A DNA stretch of 64,000 nt from assembly GCA_963818505.1 (NCBI GenBank), contig CAWFSJ010000001.1, forward strand, positions 667,096 through 731,095. Direction: 5' to 3'. The notes beneath the pieces are model-generated. The model did no database searches. It saw nothing but the letters and a program-made list of their open reading frames with translations, and was not told the origin of the DNA. The stretch's first letter is position 1. Every line of letters starts with the position of its first letter. Below, in pieces: positions 1-8,530 of the stretch. The DNA is from an uncultured Actinomycetota bacterium (GTDB taxonomy: Bacteria > Actinomycetota > Actinomycetes > S36-B12 > UBA10799). The translations under genes were made by a program, and so were the position numbers.

Positions 1-2
1 CT

Positions 3-1145
3 GTACGGCAGATCCTCACAACCGCTATCCAACTCGGCGCCACCGACGTGCACGTCGAGCCGCTGCCCAATGAGGTGAGGATCCGTATGCGGGTGGACGG
101 TGCCCTGCGCCGAGTCATGTCCCTGCCACGCTCCGGTCAGGCGCCCTTGACCTCCAGGATAAAGATCATGGCCAGCCTCGACATCGCCCGCAAGCGTGTT
201 CCGCAGGACGGCCGCGCGCACACCGTGATCAACGGCCTGAGTTACAACATGCGTGTTTCGACATTGCCCACTCTTCGCGGCGAGAAGGTCGTCATTCGGC
301 TGCTGACCGACGTCGGCGAACTTCCGACCCTGTCCACGCTGGGCCTACCGTCGGCCCAGTTGCAGATGCTCAACCGGACATTGCGCAGCCCGCAGGGTCT
401 GGTGCTGATCACCGGGCCGACGGGCTCGGGCAAGACTACGACCCTGTACTCGGCGATCAACGAGATCATCACCGGCGACCGGAATCTGATCACGCTGGAG
501 GAACCTGTCGAGATCGAGTTGCCCGGCGTCAGTCAGGTGCAGATCGACGAGAAGTCCGGCATGACATTCGAGGCTGGACTGCGTTCGGTACTGCGCCAGG
601 ATCCAGACATCATCATGGTCGGGGAGATCCGCGACCAGACGACAGCCGAGCTGGCGATCCGCGCCGCGTTGACGGGTCACCTTGTCCTCGCCACCGTGCA
701 CACCAACGACGCTGCCTCAGCCGTCGTCCGGCTCGTCGACATGGGCGTGCCCCGCTACCTCATCGCATCGGCGTTGACCTTGGTGATCGCCCAGCGACTG
801 GTTCGCAAGCCCTGCCCTTCCTGCGTGGTGCCCGATGTCGCCGATCAAGACACAAGAGCCCGACTGCGTCTCACCGATCGGCAAGCGCAGGCCATGATGC
901 GCGGGACCGGTTGCGAGCAGTGCGAAGGCCGTGGCTTCCGCGGGCGCACCGGCGTGTACGAGATGCTGCCGTTCGCCCCCGAGGTACGCAAGGCCCTGCT
1001 CGCAGGCGGCGATGAGAACGCACTCACGTCTGCGGCGCGAGCGTACGGATGGCGTCCCCTGGTCGAGTCCGGAGTTGACGTGGCGTGCGCCGGGCGCACG
1101 AGCCTCAGCGAGATCCTGCGGGTATTGGTGACCGAGCACGGGTGA
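3..1145 (+). CDS. GspE/PilB-family secretion or type IV pilus assembly ATPase; N-terminus cut by the window edge
   Basis: The frame is open from nt 3 (VRQILTTAIQLGATDVHVEP). Walker A LITGPTGSGKTTTLY, Asp box DPDIIMVGEIRD, His box LATVHTND, C-terminal tetra-Cys CPSC..CEQCEGRG. TGA at 1143-1145. Confidence 0.9.
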   Translation, partial: VRQILTTAIQLGATDVHVEPLPNEVRIRMRVDGALRRVMSLPRSGQAPLTSRIKIMASLDIARKRVPQDGRAHTVINGLSYNMRVSTLPTLRGEKVVIRLLTDVGELPTLSTLGLPSAQLQMLNRTLRSPQGLVLITGPTGSGKTTTLYSAINEIITGDRNLITLEEPVEIELPGVSQVQIDEKSGMTFEAGLRSVLRQDPDIIMVGEIRDQTTAELAIRAALTGHLVLATVHTNDAASAVVRLVDMGVPRYLIASALTLVIAQRLVRKPCPSCVVPDVADQDTRARLRLTDRQAQAMMRGTGCEQCEGRGFRGRTGVYEMLPFAPEVRKALLAGGDENALTSAARAYGWRPLVESGVDVACAGRTSLSEILRVLVTEHG

Positions 1146-1165
1146 CCGTGATGCGGTGAACCCGT

Positions 1166-2935
1166 CTAGAAACCGAGCACCGGGGCCGGGCGCAAGGAGT
1201 CGGAACGGTTGCCTGTACCCAGTTGGCCGGACTCGTTGGACCCCCAGCATGTGATCTTCGTGCCGGTCACGGCGCAGGTGTGGTAGGCACCTGCGGCGAT
1301 GGCCGTGGCCGCACTGAGACCCGACACGCGGGTGGGCGCGTTGTGGTCGTTCTCAGTTCCGTCACCGAGTCGGCCCCCGGAGTTGCGCCCCCAGCAGCGA
1401 GCGGTCCCGCCTGTGAGGACCGCACACGTGTGATACGCGCCCGCGTCCACCGCCGCCAATGAACCGATGGCCACCGCAGTGGGAGTCAGCCGGTCCGAAG
1501 GTCCTGGATCACCCAACTGCCCGTAGGTGTTGGAACCCCAGCAGGACAGGCTCGCGTCGACTAGGAGCGCGCAGGTGTGGAACACCCCAGCCGTCAGCAT
1601 GCTCACCGGGCCCAACGAAGGACGAACCGGGGTTGCCGAGTCGGTGCGGCTGTTGTTGCCCAGTTGCCCGGAGTCGTTGCGTCCCCAGCAGCGCACCGAG
1701 TCGTTGTCCAGCACCACGCATGTGTGAGCGAATCCAGCAGCCGCTGACTGCACGGAGGCCAGCAGCGGCACTGCGACCGGCTCGTCCTCGAAGGCGGAAC
1801 GGGTGACACCGAGTTGTCCGTGATCGTTGCGTCCGAAACAGCGCACGGCGCCGCTGGTCAGAACCGCGCAGGTGTGCTCACCGCCCACTGCGATGTCCGC
1901 AGCCGCGGGCAGATCGACCAGAACCGGAACGGCGGAGTCCTGCCTGTCCCCTTGCCCGAGTTGACCGTAGTCGTTGCGACCCCAGCACCAGAGTTGCCCG
2001 TCGCCCTGCCGAGCGCAAGTGTGGTCCCCACCTGCAGCGACTTGCACCACGTCGTCCAGATCGATCAGCACCGGTTCGTCACTGTCCTCGCGGGTGCCAT
2101 CGCCGAGTTGGCCGAAGGTGTTCGCCCCCCAGCACTCGACCCGATCCCCCGAGCCGGCATCCTCATCGACCACGGGCACGACACCCTGGTCGATGAGCAG
2201 ATCACAGGTGTGGGAGTTGCCGGCGGTGACCGCGGCGGCCTCGCCGAGGGTACGCACCGTGACCGACGCAGGACGGCTGGCATTGCCGGCAGTGTCGAGC
2301 ATGAAGACGCTGTAGGAGTACCTGGTGTGGGAGCGGACCTCGGAATCGGTGACCTCGGTGGCGATTCCCTGCACGGGCACCAGACGGCCCTCGTCGAGGG
2401 ACTGCGGCGCCTGTGCGCCCGGTTTGCGGCGGATCGCCACCTGCGCGATGTCGGGGGCCTGCCCGTTGCGCCATTTGAGCCCGATCGCGTCTGTGGTCGT
2501 CGAAGTCACCTCGACGTCACTCGCGGGGCCAGGAGGGTAGATGTCCGACCGGGGATTCCAGGTGTAACGAAGCCGCAGCAGTGACGGTTTCTTGCTGCGC
2601 ACCTTGACCCGCACAGGCAGGTCCGCCACAGCCGATGTGCCGCCGTCCGTGACTATCGGGGTGGCCCACACGCGATAGGTGCCGGGCCGCAGATTACGCA
2701 ACTTGCCAGCTGTCGGGATCTTCTTGCGGTACTCCTTGCCCGCCACAGTGATCTTGGCGGTCCGGCCCTGTGGAACGCCCTCAGCGACGACGCGCAAGGA
2801 ACCACCCGAACCCTTAGCACTCACCACCGTCGCGGCGCTAAGGCCAGGCGGCGACGAGGCGAAGGACGGTGCCGCGGCAAGCGGCATCAGCGAGGCTACG
2901 GTCAGCAGTGCTGCTGACCCTCTCAGCCTGCGCAT
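1166..2935 (-). CDS. Secreted RCC1-repeat (seven-blade propeller) protein with one FN3 module
   Basis: ATG at 2935 is preceded by GAAGGAGG. Signal peptide MRRLRGSAALLTVASLMPLAAAPSFA. FN3-like segment (IGLKWRNG...YSYSVFMLDTAGN). Seven C(W/F)G.N..GQLG repeats. The longer track ORF reaching 3352 is treated as a spurious upstream extension. Confidence 0.85.
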   Translation of the reverse strand: MRRLRGSAALLTVASLMPLAAAPSFASSPPGLSAATVVSAKGSGGSLRVVAEGVPQGRTAKITVAGKEYRKKIPTAGKLRNLRPGTYRVWATPIVTDGGTSAVADLPVRVKVRSKKPSLLRLRYTWNPRSDIYPPGPASDVEVTSTTTDAIGLKWRNGQAPDIAQVAIRRKPGAQAPQSLDEGRLVPVQGIATEVTDSEVRSHTRYSYSVFMLDTAGNASRPASVTVRTLGEAAAVTAGNSHTCDLLIDQGVVPVVDEDAGSGDRVECWGANTFGQLGDGTREDSDEPVLIDLDDVVQVAAGGDHTCARQGDGQLWCWGRNDYGQLGQGDRQDSAVPVLVDLPAAADIAVGGEHTCAVLTSGAVRCFGRNDHGQLGVTRSAFEDEPVAVPLLASVQSAAAGFAHTCVVLDNDSVRCWGRNDSGQLGNNSRTDSATPVRPSLGPVSMLTAGVFHTCALLVDASLSCWGSNTYGQLGDPGPSDRLTPTAVAIGSLAAVDAGAYHTCAVLTGGTARCWGRNSGGRLGDGTENDHNAPTRVSGLSAATAIAAGAYHTCAVTGTKITCWGSNESGQLGTGNRSDSLRPAPVLGF

Positions 2936-3000
2936 CCGAACCTCCTTCAGCGAATTGCACCTAAAGTAACCACATCGACCCTGCTGGGCCAGGACTTGAC

Positions 3001-3183
3001 TTACGTGCCCGACTTTCGGTTTCCACCACCTCGTGTGGTGATGAAGTACCCAACACCTGCACCAGCACCCGCCGCAATCGCGATTGAGGACAGGGTCTGA
3101 CTGTCCAGCAGCCGCCCGAGGACCCACACGATCAGGGCACACGCCACAGCGACAATCACCGACACGAGAATCGATCTGCCCAT
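3001..3183 (-). CDS. Small two-helix membrane protein (60 aa), function unknown
   Basis: ATG ORF 43 nt downstream of apbE on the same strand. One clear hydrophobic helix (ILVSVIVAVACALIVWVLG) and a Gly/Ala-rich second segment. Weak SD. Confidence 0.45.
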   Translation of the reverse strand: MGRSILVSVIVAVACALIVWVLGRLLDSQTLSSIAIAAGAGAGVGYFITTRGGGNRKSGT

Positions 3184-3225
3184 CCTGAGAGCCTAAGCGA
3201 TAGGCACCGAGGCTCCCCTCGTGCC

Positions 3226-4080
3226 TCAGAACTGGGCGATTCCACCGTCGATGGTGACCACGAGTGCGCCAGCGTCGTTGCGCTGCAGAATCTCTCGCGC
3301 CCGACGCCCGGGTGCAAGCAACACGGCTTTGCTCAGCACCTCCGCCAACCACGCTTCGCGAGCGATGACCGAGACGCTGGCGAAGTCGGATTCAGCGGGT
3401 CTACCCGTGCGCGGATCAATCAGATGATGGCCGATGCCGCCGTCCGCGTAGTCCCACGCACGCAGTAGAGGAGTCGATGTGCACACTGCCCCCTGGTCAA
3501 GCTTCACGCTCAGCGGGGTTGGTAGGTCGATGGGCGTTTCGATGGTGATGTTCCAGCGGCCCTGAGGTCCCTGCCCTATGCACCGCAGGTCGCCACCGAT
3601 GTTAACCAGCGCCGACTGGGCACCAGCCCGGATGAGCCTGTCTGCCACCAGATCCGCCGCCAGACCCTTACCGATCCCGCCGGAGTCGATCGCTTGCGTG
3701 GAACTGATGTGCGTATCGTCCATGACGACTTCGGCGCGGTCCCCCGGGGTCGCAGGGCGGGGCACGACCGGACTGCTCAGTTCGTCGAAGTCCCGGTCGT
3801 ACCCGGCCGCCTCGACCTGCTCAACGAGGAACGGGTTGAAAAGGCCATCGGTCAACTCGTAGCCTTCGACGGCGCGCTGTACCAGCACGCGCGTGTCCGC
3901 ATGGACCTCGACTGGCTGATCACCGATGCTGGCCAACTCACTGGGCGCGAACCGGGTCCAGAGTGCCTCCAACCGCAGAACCTCGTCGCGTGCCCAGTCC
4001 AGATCCGCCGAACCCACTACACGGATGTGGCAGTCCGTGCCCATGGCACGGAAGCGGCAGTCGCTGACCGAGGGCTTCAA
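3226..4080 (-). CDS. apbE: FAD:protein FMN transferase (ApbE family)
   Basis: N-terminal FRAMGTDCHIRV (family F.AMGT signature), GGIGKG motif, ApbE-like length. The proposed TTG start at 4080 overlaps the upstream stop (TTGA). Alternative ATG at 4044. Confidence 0.8.
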   Translation of the reverse strand: MKPSVSDCRFRAMGTDCHIRVVGSADLDWARDEVLRLEALWTRFAPSELASIGDQPVEVHADTRVLVQRAVEGYELTDGLFNPFLVEQVEAAGYDRDFDELSSPVVPRPATPGDRAEVVMDDTHISSTQAIDSGGIGKGLAADLVADRLIRAGAQSALVNIGGDLRCIGQGPQGRWNITIETPIDLPTPLSVKLDQGAVCTSTPLLRAWDYADGGIGHHLIDPRTGRPAESDFASVSVIAREAWLAEVLSKAVLLAPGRRAREILQRNDAGALVVTIDGGIAQF

Positions 4081-4652
4081 CTGCCCTTGGAGTTCGAGTC
4101 GTTCTCGTCGTCGGAACTCTCGTTGCCGCACTTGTCGACGACACTCTTGTCCGCACCCACACAGACCTCGAAGTACGTCGGCCCGTTGTCCGAGCCGCCG
4201 GCCTGGACGCTGACGAAAGTCGCCTCGTCCTTGGCATCCATGCCGTAGCCCGAGCCACCCCACTTCCCCCAGCCGCCGCCGCTGCCGCCGGCGTTGGTGA
4301 TCGTGAAGCCCGCCGACTTGAGTTGCGACTCGTAGGACTTGACGACGGCCTCGGCGCTGGTACCAGAGATCTTGTACCGGGTGTACTGCATCCCAGACTC
4401 GTCCTCACTGTCCACCTTCTTGGCCCCGTCAGGTGGCGGCGGGACGTTGGCTGCCGCGCTTGTGGGGGCCGCAGTTGTCGCAGCAGGGGCCGCTGCTGTT
4501 GTTTCAGCAGGTGCCGCAGGGGTCGCCGCCGTCGTCTCCGTGACGGTCACAGCCGGTTCCGGTTCTGATGAACCCGATGAGCAACCGGTGAGCACCACCC
4601 CGGACGCCGTCACCGCGAACGCCGCACGCATCGCCCAAGGGATGTTCGTCAT
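4077..4652 (-). CDS. Lipoprotein with an Ala/Thr/Pro-rich linker, function unknown
   Basis: MTNIPWAMRAAFAVTASGVVLTGC lipobox (LTGC), low-complexity linker TTAATPAAPAETTAAAPAATTAAP, small globular C-terminal domain. Start is 4652 or 4631. Confidence 0.65.
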   Translation of the reverse strand: MTNIPWAMRAAFAVTASGVVLTGCSSGSSEPEPAVTVTETTAATPAAPAETTAAAPAATTAAPTSAAANVPPPPDGAKKVDSEDESGMQYTRYKISGTSAEAVVKSYESQLKSAGFTITNAGGSGGGWGKWGGSGYGMDAKDEATFVSVQAGGSDNGPTYFEVCVGADKSVVDKCGNESSDDENDSNSKGS

Positions 4653-4797
4653 TAGGCCCTCCAGTCGCACAAAGTGATCGAACCGTAGCGCAAGGTAGTC
4701 ATCGGTTGCGCGGGGAAATCGACCGGTCACCAGCTGGAGACCCGCCGCGCCAAGCAATGTGGGAAACACGCAACTCAGTGGCCGAAAAACCACATTG

Positions 4798-4819
4798 CCC
4801 CCGCGCGGCCGGGCGGGGG
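4798..4819 (-). terminator. Possible terminator hairpin after the copper ATPase gene
   Basis: CCCCCGC / GCGGGGG 7-bp stem, 17 nt downstream of the copA stop. A T5 run on the minus strand (4785-4789) lies 8 nt beyond the stem, so it is not a textbook intrinsic terminator. Confidence 0.35.
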
Positions 4820-4835
4820 CGTGCGCGCCCGCCGA

Positions 4836-6926
4836 TCAAACCCCGGACGAACCCCGGAACCTTCGCAGTCGCAGACTGTTCAGAACAACGAACACCGACG
4901 AGAACGCCATCGCCGCCCCAGCGACCATCGGGGTCAGCAAGCCGGCCATGGCCAAGGGTATTGCCGCGCTGTTGTAGGCGAACGCCCAGAAGAGGTTCTG
5001 CTTGATGGTGCGCAGGGTTGCCCTGCTCAAACGAATCGCATCCACAATCCCGAGCGGTTCGCTGCGAACCAGAGTGATGTCACTGGCCGCGATCGCCACA
5101 TCGGCACCTGCACCCATCGCGATGCCAAGGTCGGCTTGAGCCAGTGCGGCCGAGTCGTTGATCCCGTCTCCGACCATCGCGACGCGGGCACCTTGGGACT
5201 GTAGTCGCTGCACCTGCGCCAACTTGTCCAAGGGCTTGACCTCGGCAATGACCTCCTGAATGCCGACAGCGTCGGCAACTGATCGCGCTGCGGCCCGGGA
5301 GTCTCCTGTCAACAGCACGGTTCGCAAGCCCAACTCGTGCAGTTCACTGACCGCCCGGCGACTCGTGGGCCGAACGGTGTCGCTGACCAGGACCCTCCCG
5401 CGCACCTCCCCGCCCCAGGCCGCAACCACCGCGGCCGAATCCTCGTCAACGGCGAAACCGAGTTCCCGCAGCCACGCAGGCTTGCCAGCCACAGCGGCGA
5501 CCCCGTCCACCACACCCCGGACCCCGTGACCAGGCACCGCCTCGAAGTCAGTCAGGGTTGCGCGTTCGGTGAGCGCATCAGCGATAGCCCGCCCGATCGG
5601 ATGCTCACTGGCTGATTCAAGCGTGCCCACCACACGTGCGAAGTCGGGCGAGTCGCTGTCGATCTCGACCTCGATCCGCCCCTGGGTCAGCGTTCCGGTC
5701 TTGTCCATGACAACCGTGTCCACCAGTCGGGTGCGCTCCAGGATCTCCGGACCCGAGATCAGTACGCCCAGCCGGGCACCTTTGCCGGTGCCGACCAGGA
5801 TTGCCGTGGGAGTCGCAAGGCCCAAGGCGCACGGGCAGGCGATGATCAGTACTGCGACCGCTGCGCTGAATGCCACGGTCCAGGTCGAGCCGATGAGCAG
5901 CCAGCCCACCGCCGTCAGCACTGACAGCACCAATACGACCGGCACAAAGATCGACGACACTCGGTCCGCCAGTCGCTGTACCGGCGCCTTGCCGGTCTGC
6001 GCACCTTCCACGGCTGCCGCAATCTGAGCCAGCTCGGTGTCCGCGCCCACGCGCTGAGCCCGGGCCACCAACCGACCGGTCTGATTCACCGCCGCGCCGA
6101 TGATGTGATCGCCGACGGCCACATCGACCGGAACCGACTCGCCGGTTATCAGGGAGTTGTCGACGGCCGAATCCCCGGCAACGACGACCGCGTCAGTGGC
6201 GACCTTCTCCCCCGGCCGGATGATGAAATCGTCGCCGACTGCCAACTGCGAGATCGGAACCAGCACCTCTTGCCCGTTACGCAGGACGGTAGCCTCTTTG
6301 GCGCCCATCTTCAGCAGGCTGGTCACGGCTTCACCCGCCCGGCGTTTGGCACGGGCCTCCGCATAGCGCCCGGCGAGCAGGAACGTCGTCACGGTGACAG
6401 CCACTTCGAAGTAGATGTGACCGCCGGTGAACAGCGCCACCAGCGACCAGGCGTAGGCAGCCAGCACACCCAGGCTTACGAGGGTGTCCATGGTGGTGCC
6501 GCCGTGACGGGCGGCGTTGAACGCTGCTCGGTGGAAAGGCCAGGCGCCCCACACGACAACAGGCGTGGCCAACACGGCAATCGCCCACATGAGCGCCATC
6601 GAGTGCGGCATCGCCATGGACATCACAACGACCGGGACCGCCAGCACCGCCGAGACGATGAGCCGCCGCAGCAGCGCGGGATCCGTGTGGTGCTCGTGGT
6701 CGCTGTCGGGTTGACGCTCACTTGCCGCGTAGCCGGCCTTCTCCACCGCCGCGACGCACTGATCGACTGAGACTTCCGAAGGCATTTCCACGTGCGCTGA
6801 ATGCGTCGCGAAGTTCACGGTGGCCTCGACGCCGGGCAGCGCGTTGAGCTTCTTCTCAATGCGCGCTGCGCATGACGCGCAGGTCATTCCCTCAAGGTCA
6901 AGTTCCACACTGCTACTCACGACCAC
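4836..6926 (-). CDS. copA: Copper-translocating P1B-type ATPase
   Basis: N-terminal HMA domain GMTCASCAARIEKKLN, CPC motif IIACPCALGLATP, phosphorylation site DKTGTLT, hinge GDGINDSAAL. Start placed at GTG 6926 or 6920, because the longer ORF overlaps the upstream gene. Confidence 0.9.
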   Translation of the reverse strand: MVVSSSVELDLEGMTCASCAARIEKKLNALPGVEATVNFATHSAHVEMPSEVSVDQCVAAVEKAGYAASERQPDSDHEHHTDPALLRRLIVSAVLAVPVVVMSMAMPHSMALMWAIAVLATPVVVWGAWPFHRAAFNAARHGGTTMDTLVSLGVLAAYAWSLVALFTGGHIYFEVAVTVTTFLLAGRYAEARAKRRAGEAVTSLLKMGAKEATVLRNGQEVLVPISQLAVGDDFIIRPGEKVATDAVVVAGDSAVDNSLITGESVPVDVAVGDHIIGAAVNQTGRLVARAQRVGADTELAQIAAAVEGAQTGKAPVQRLADRVSSIFVPVVLVLSVLTAVGWLLIGSTWTVAFSAAVAVLIIACPCALGLATPTAILVGTGKGARLGVLISGPEILERTRLVDTVVMDKTGTLTQGRIEVEIDSDSPDFARVVGTLESASEHPIGRAIADALTERATLTDFEAVPGHGVRGVVDGVAAVAGKPAWLRELGFAVDEDSAAVVAAWGGEVRGRVLVSDTVRPTSRRAVSELHELGLRTVLLTGDSRAAARSVADAVGIQEVIAEVKPLDKLAQVQRLQSQGARVAMVGDGINDSAALAQADLGIAMGAGADVAIAASDITLVRSEPLGIVDAIRLSRATLRTIKQNLFWAFAYNSAAIPLAMAGLLTPMVAGAAMAFSSVFVVLNSLRLRRFRGSSGV

Positions 6927-6966
6927 CAAAACACCCCAACCCCCCGGGAGTATTCCGACGCAGACC

Positions 6967-8511
6967 TCAGGCGTTGCGGACGAACAACCCGAGCACGGCC
7001 GCCAGTGACAAGACCGACCGCGGTTCGTAGGCGGCCCGCCAGAGCCCACCGTGGTTGGCGGCATCGGAGAAAAGGTCCATGGGGTTGTGCAGTGGCGTTT
7101 GCGGATTGGAGGCTGAAGCCGGGTCGCGCAGATCCCGGACGAGCAGTGCGGCCATGAGGGTGTTCGCGGTGGAGGGCTGGAAGACCTCGATGCCGAACTG
7201 TCCCGCGCCCGCGTACGCCGCGGCCAGGGCCCGGTTCTTCACCACCGAACGGGTACGCGTCGCGGGCGCCACATTCAACGAGACCCGCATGCCCGCGTCC
7301 CGGGCCACGATGGCGCGCCACCGCTGCAGGCGCTTAGCCAAGGCGTAATTCGGGCCCTGCTGCGGGACGAGGCAGTCGGCGATCCCGACCTCATGGCCGG
7401 CGTCGTCGATGACGGTGTCGCGGTAGGCCGGCTCAAAGAGATTCGCCAACTGCAACGGTGCCTGCAGCAGCCGTCGTGTGCGGCGGTCCTTCCATCGACT
7501 GCGGGCCATGGCCACAGCCTCCTCGGGTACGGCGAACACGTCGGTGGGAGTGGCCAAGAAGGCCAAGGACAAGTCAGGATTGCTGCGGGCCAGCAACACA
7601 CCGAGGGCGTCGATAGCCATCGAGACCCGCACATGAAGCCCGCCGTCGGCGTAGGCGTAGTTGCCCAGTGTCAGCTGGCCGTCCACCTCCCGCAGCCAGG
7701 CGAGCAACGCATCGGTCTGCGCTATCAGGTCCAGTCCCGCGACCTGCGCGACCTTCGAGTCGGGAGCACTGTCCAGATGAACCGACCGCCGGGGTACCGG
7801 CACAGCCAACCTGCCTGCGGACTTCTTGGCGATGGTCATGATGCGGTCCCACAGGTCCGGACGCGGCAAATCCACCGCGTACACCGTGGCGCCCCAGTCG
7901 AGGATCTGCTGCAACGGACCCATCTCCGCACCCGCACCCAGTACCGCGATCTGGACGTCGCGCAGATCCAGCCATTCCGGATGGGCCATGACCGCACGCA
8001 CAGCATCTGCGAAAGACGGCTCGGCGATCCCCCGGGTGACCCAGTCATCGAGCTGTTTGTGCAAGTCGCCGCCGCTTAGCCGTTTGCCGCGGTACGGCAC
8101 GGAGAACTGGGCGCGGCGCTCGCTGCGTCCGATCACTTCGAACGTGTCCATGCCGCTGTGATCGCTCAGCGCAAGAGCCGGCACAAGCGGCCGGTCGCTG
8201 CCATCGGCGGACCACACGAAGCGCTCGTGGAGCGAATCCAATCCCGCGGCCGAGATGTCCACCGTCGCCCTGGTGTTGGCCGCGGCCACAACAACCAGAT
8301 CCCGGATCGCGGACAGGTATCCGGACCGCCAGTCCTTGATGGTCTCCACCCGCCGGGCCGCACCCGGATCCACTGCCCGCAGTGCATCGGCGATGACAGC
8401 CCTGCCGGTGGCGGTCGTGCTGCGGGTACCGTCGCTGGCTGCTGGGAAATCGACGCCTGGCTGCATGGTTGGTGAATCTACCCGCCAGCAGGACCCCGAT
8501 GAGAACCTCAC
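6967..8511 (-). CDS. Conserved actinobacterial hypothetical protein of about 500 aa with a Rossmann-like GxGxxG segment
   Basis: Long ORF with coding-like composition and VLGAGAEMGPLQQILDWGATVYAVDLP. From memory, its size and neighbourhood resemble Mycobacterium tuberculosis Rv2226. Start is GTG 8511 or ATG 8466. Confidence 0.7.
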   Translation of the reverse strand: MRFSSGSCWRVDSPTMQPGVDFPAASDGTRSTTATGRAVIADALRAVDPGAARRVETIKDWRSGYLSAIRDLVVVAAANTRATVDISAAGLDSLHERFVWSADGSDRPLVPALALSDHSGMDTFEVIGRSERRAQFSVPYRGKRLSGGDLHKQLDDWVTRGIAEPSFADAVRAVMAHPEWLDLRDVQIAVLGAGAEMGPLQQILDWGATVYAVDLPRPDLWDRIMTIAKKSAGRLAVPVPRRSVHLDSAPDSKVAQVAGLDLIAQTDALLAWLREVDGQLTLGNYAYADGGLHVRVSMAIDALGVLLARSNPDLSLAFLATPTDVFAVPEEAVAMARSRWKDRRTRRLLQAPLQLANLFEPAYRDTVIDDAGHEVGIADCLVPQQGPNYALAKRLQRWRAIVARDAGMRVSLNVAPATRTRSVVKNRALAAAYAGAGQFGIEVFQPSTANTLMAALLVRDLRDPASASNPQTPLHNPMDLFSDAANHGGLWRAAYEPRSVLSLAAVLGLFVRNA

Positions 8512-8530
8512 GACCCCGGCGCCGACACAC

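Noticed and set aside
3184-3352. Upstream extensions in the ORF track, such as RCC1 to 3352, glnE to 11674, galT to 26960, and ORF 30737..31825 covering znuC
   Set aside because: The extensions overlap neighbouring genes. They lack SD signals and have shadow-frame composition. Internal starts with SD sequences or stop/start overlaps give family-typical N-termini.
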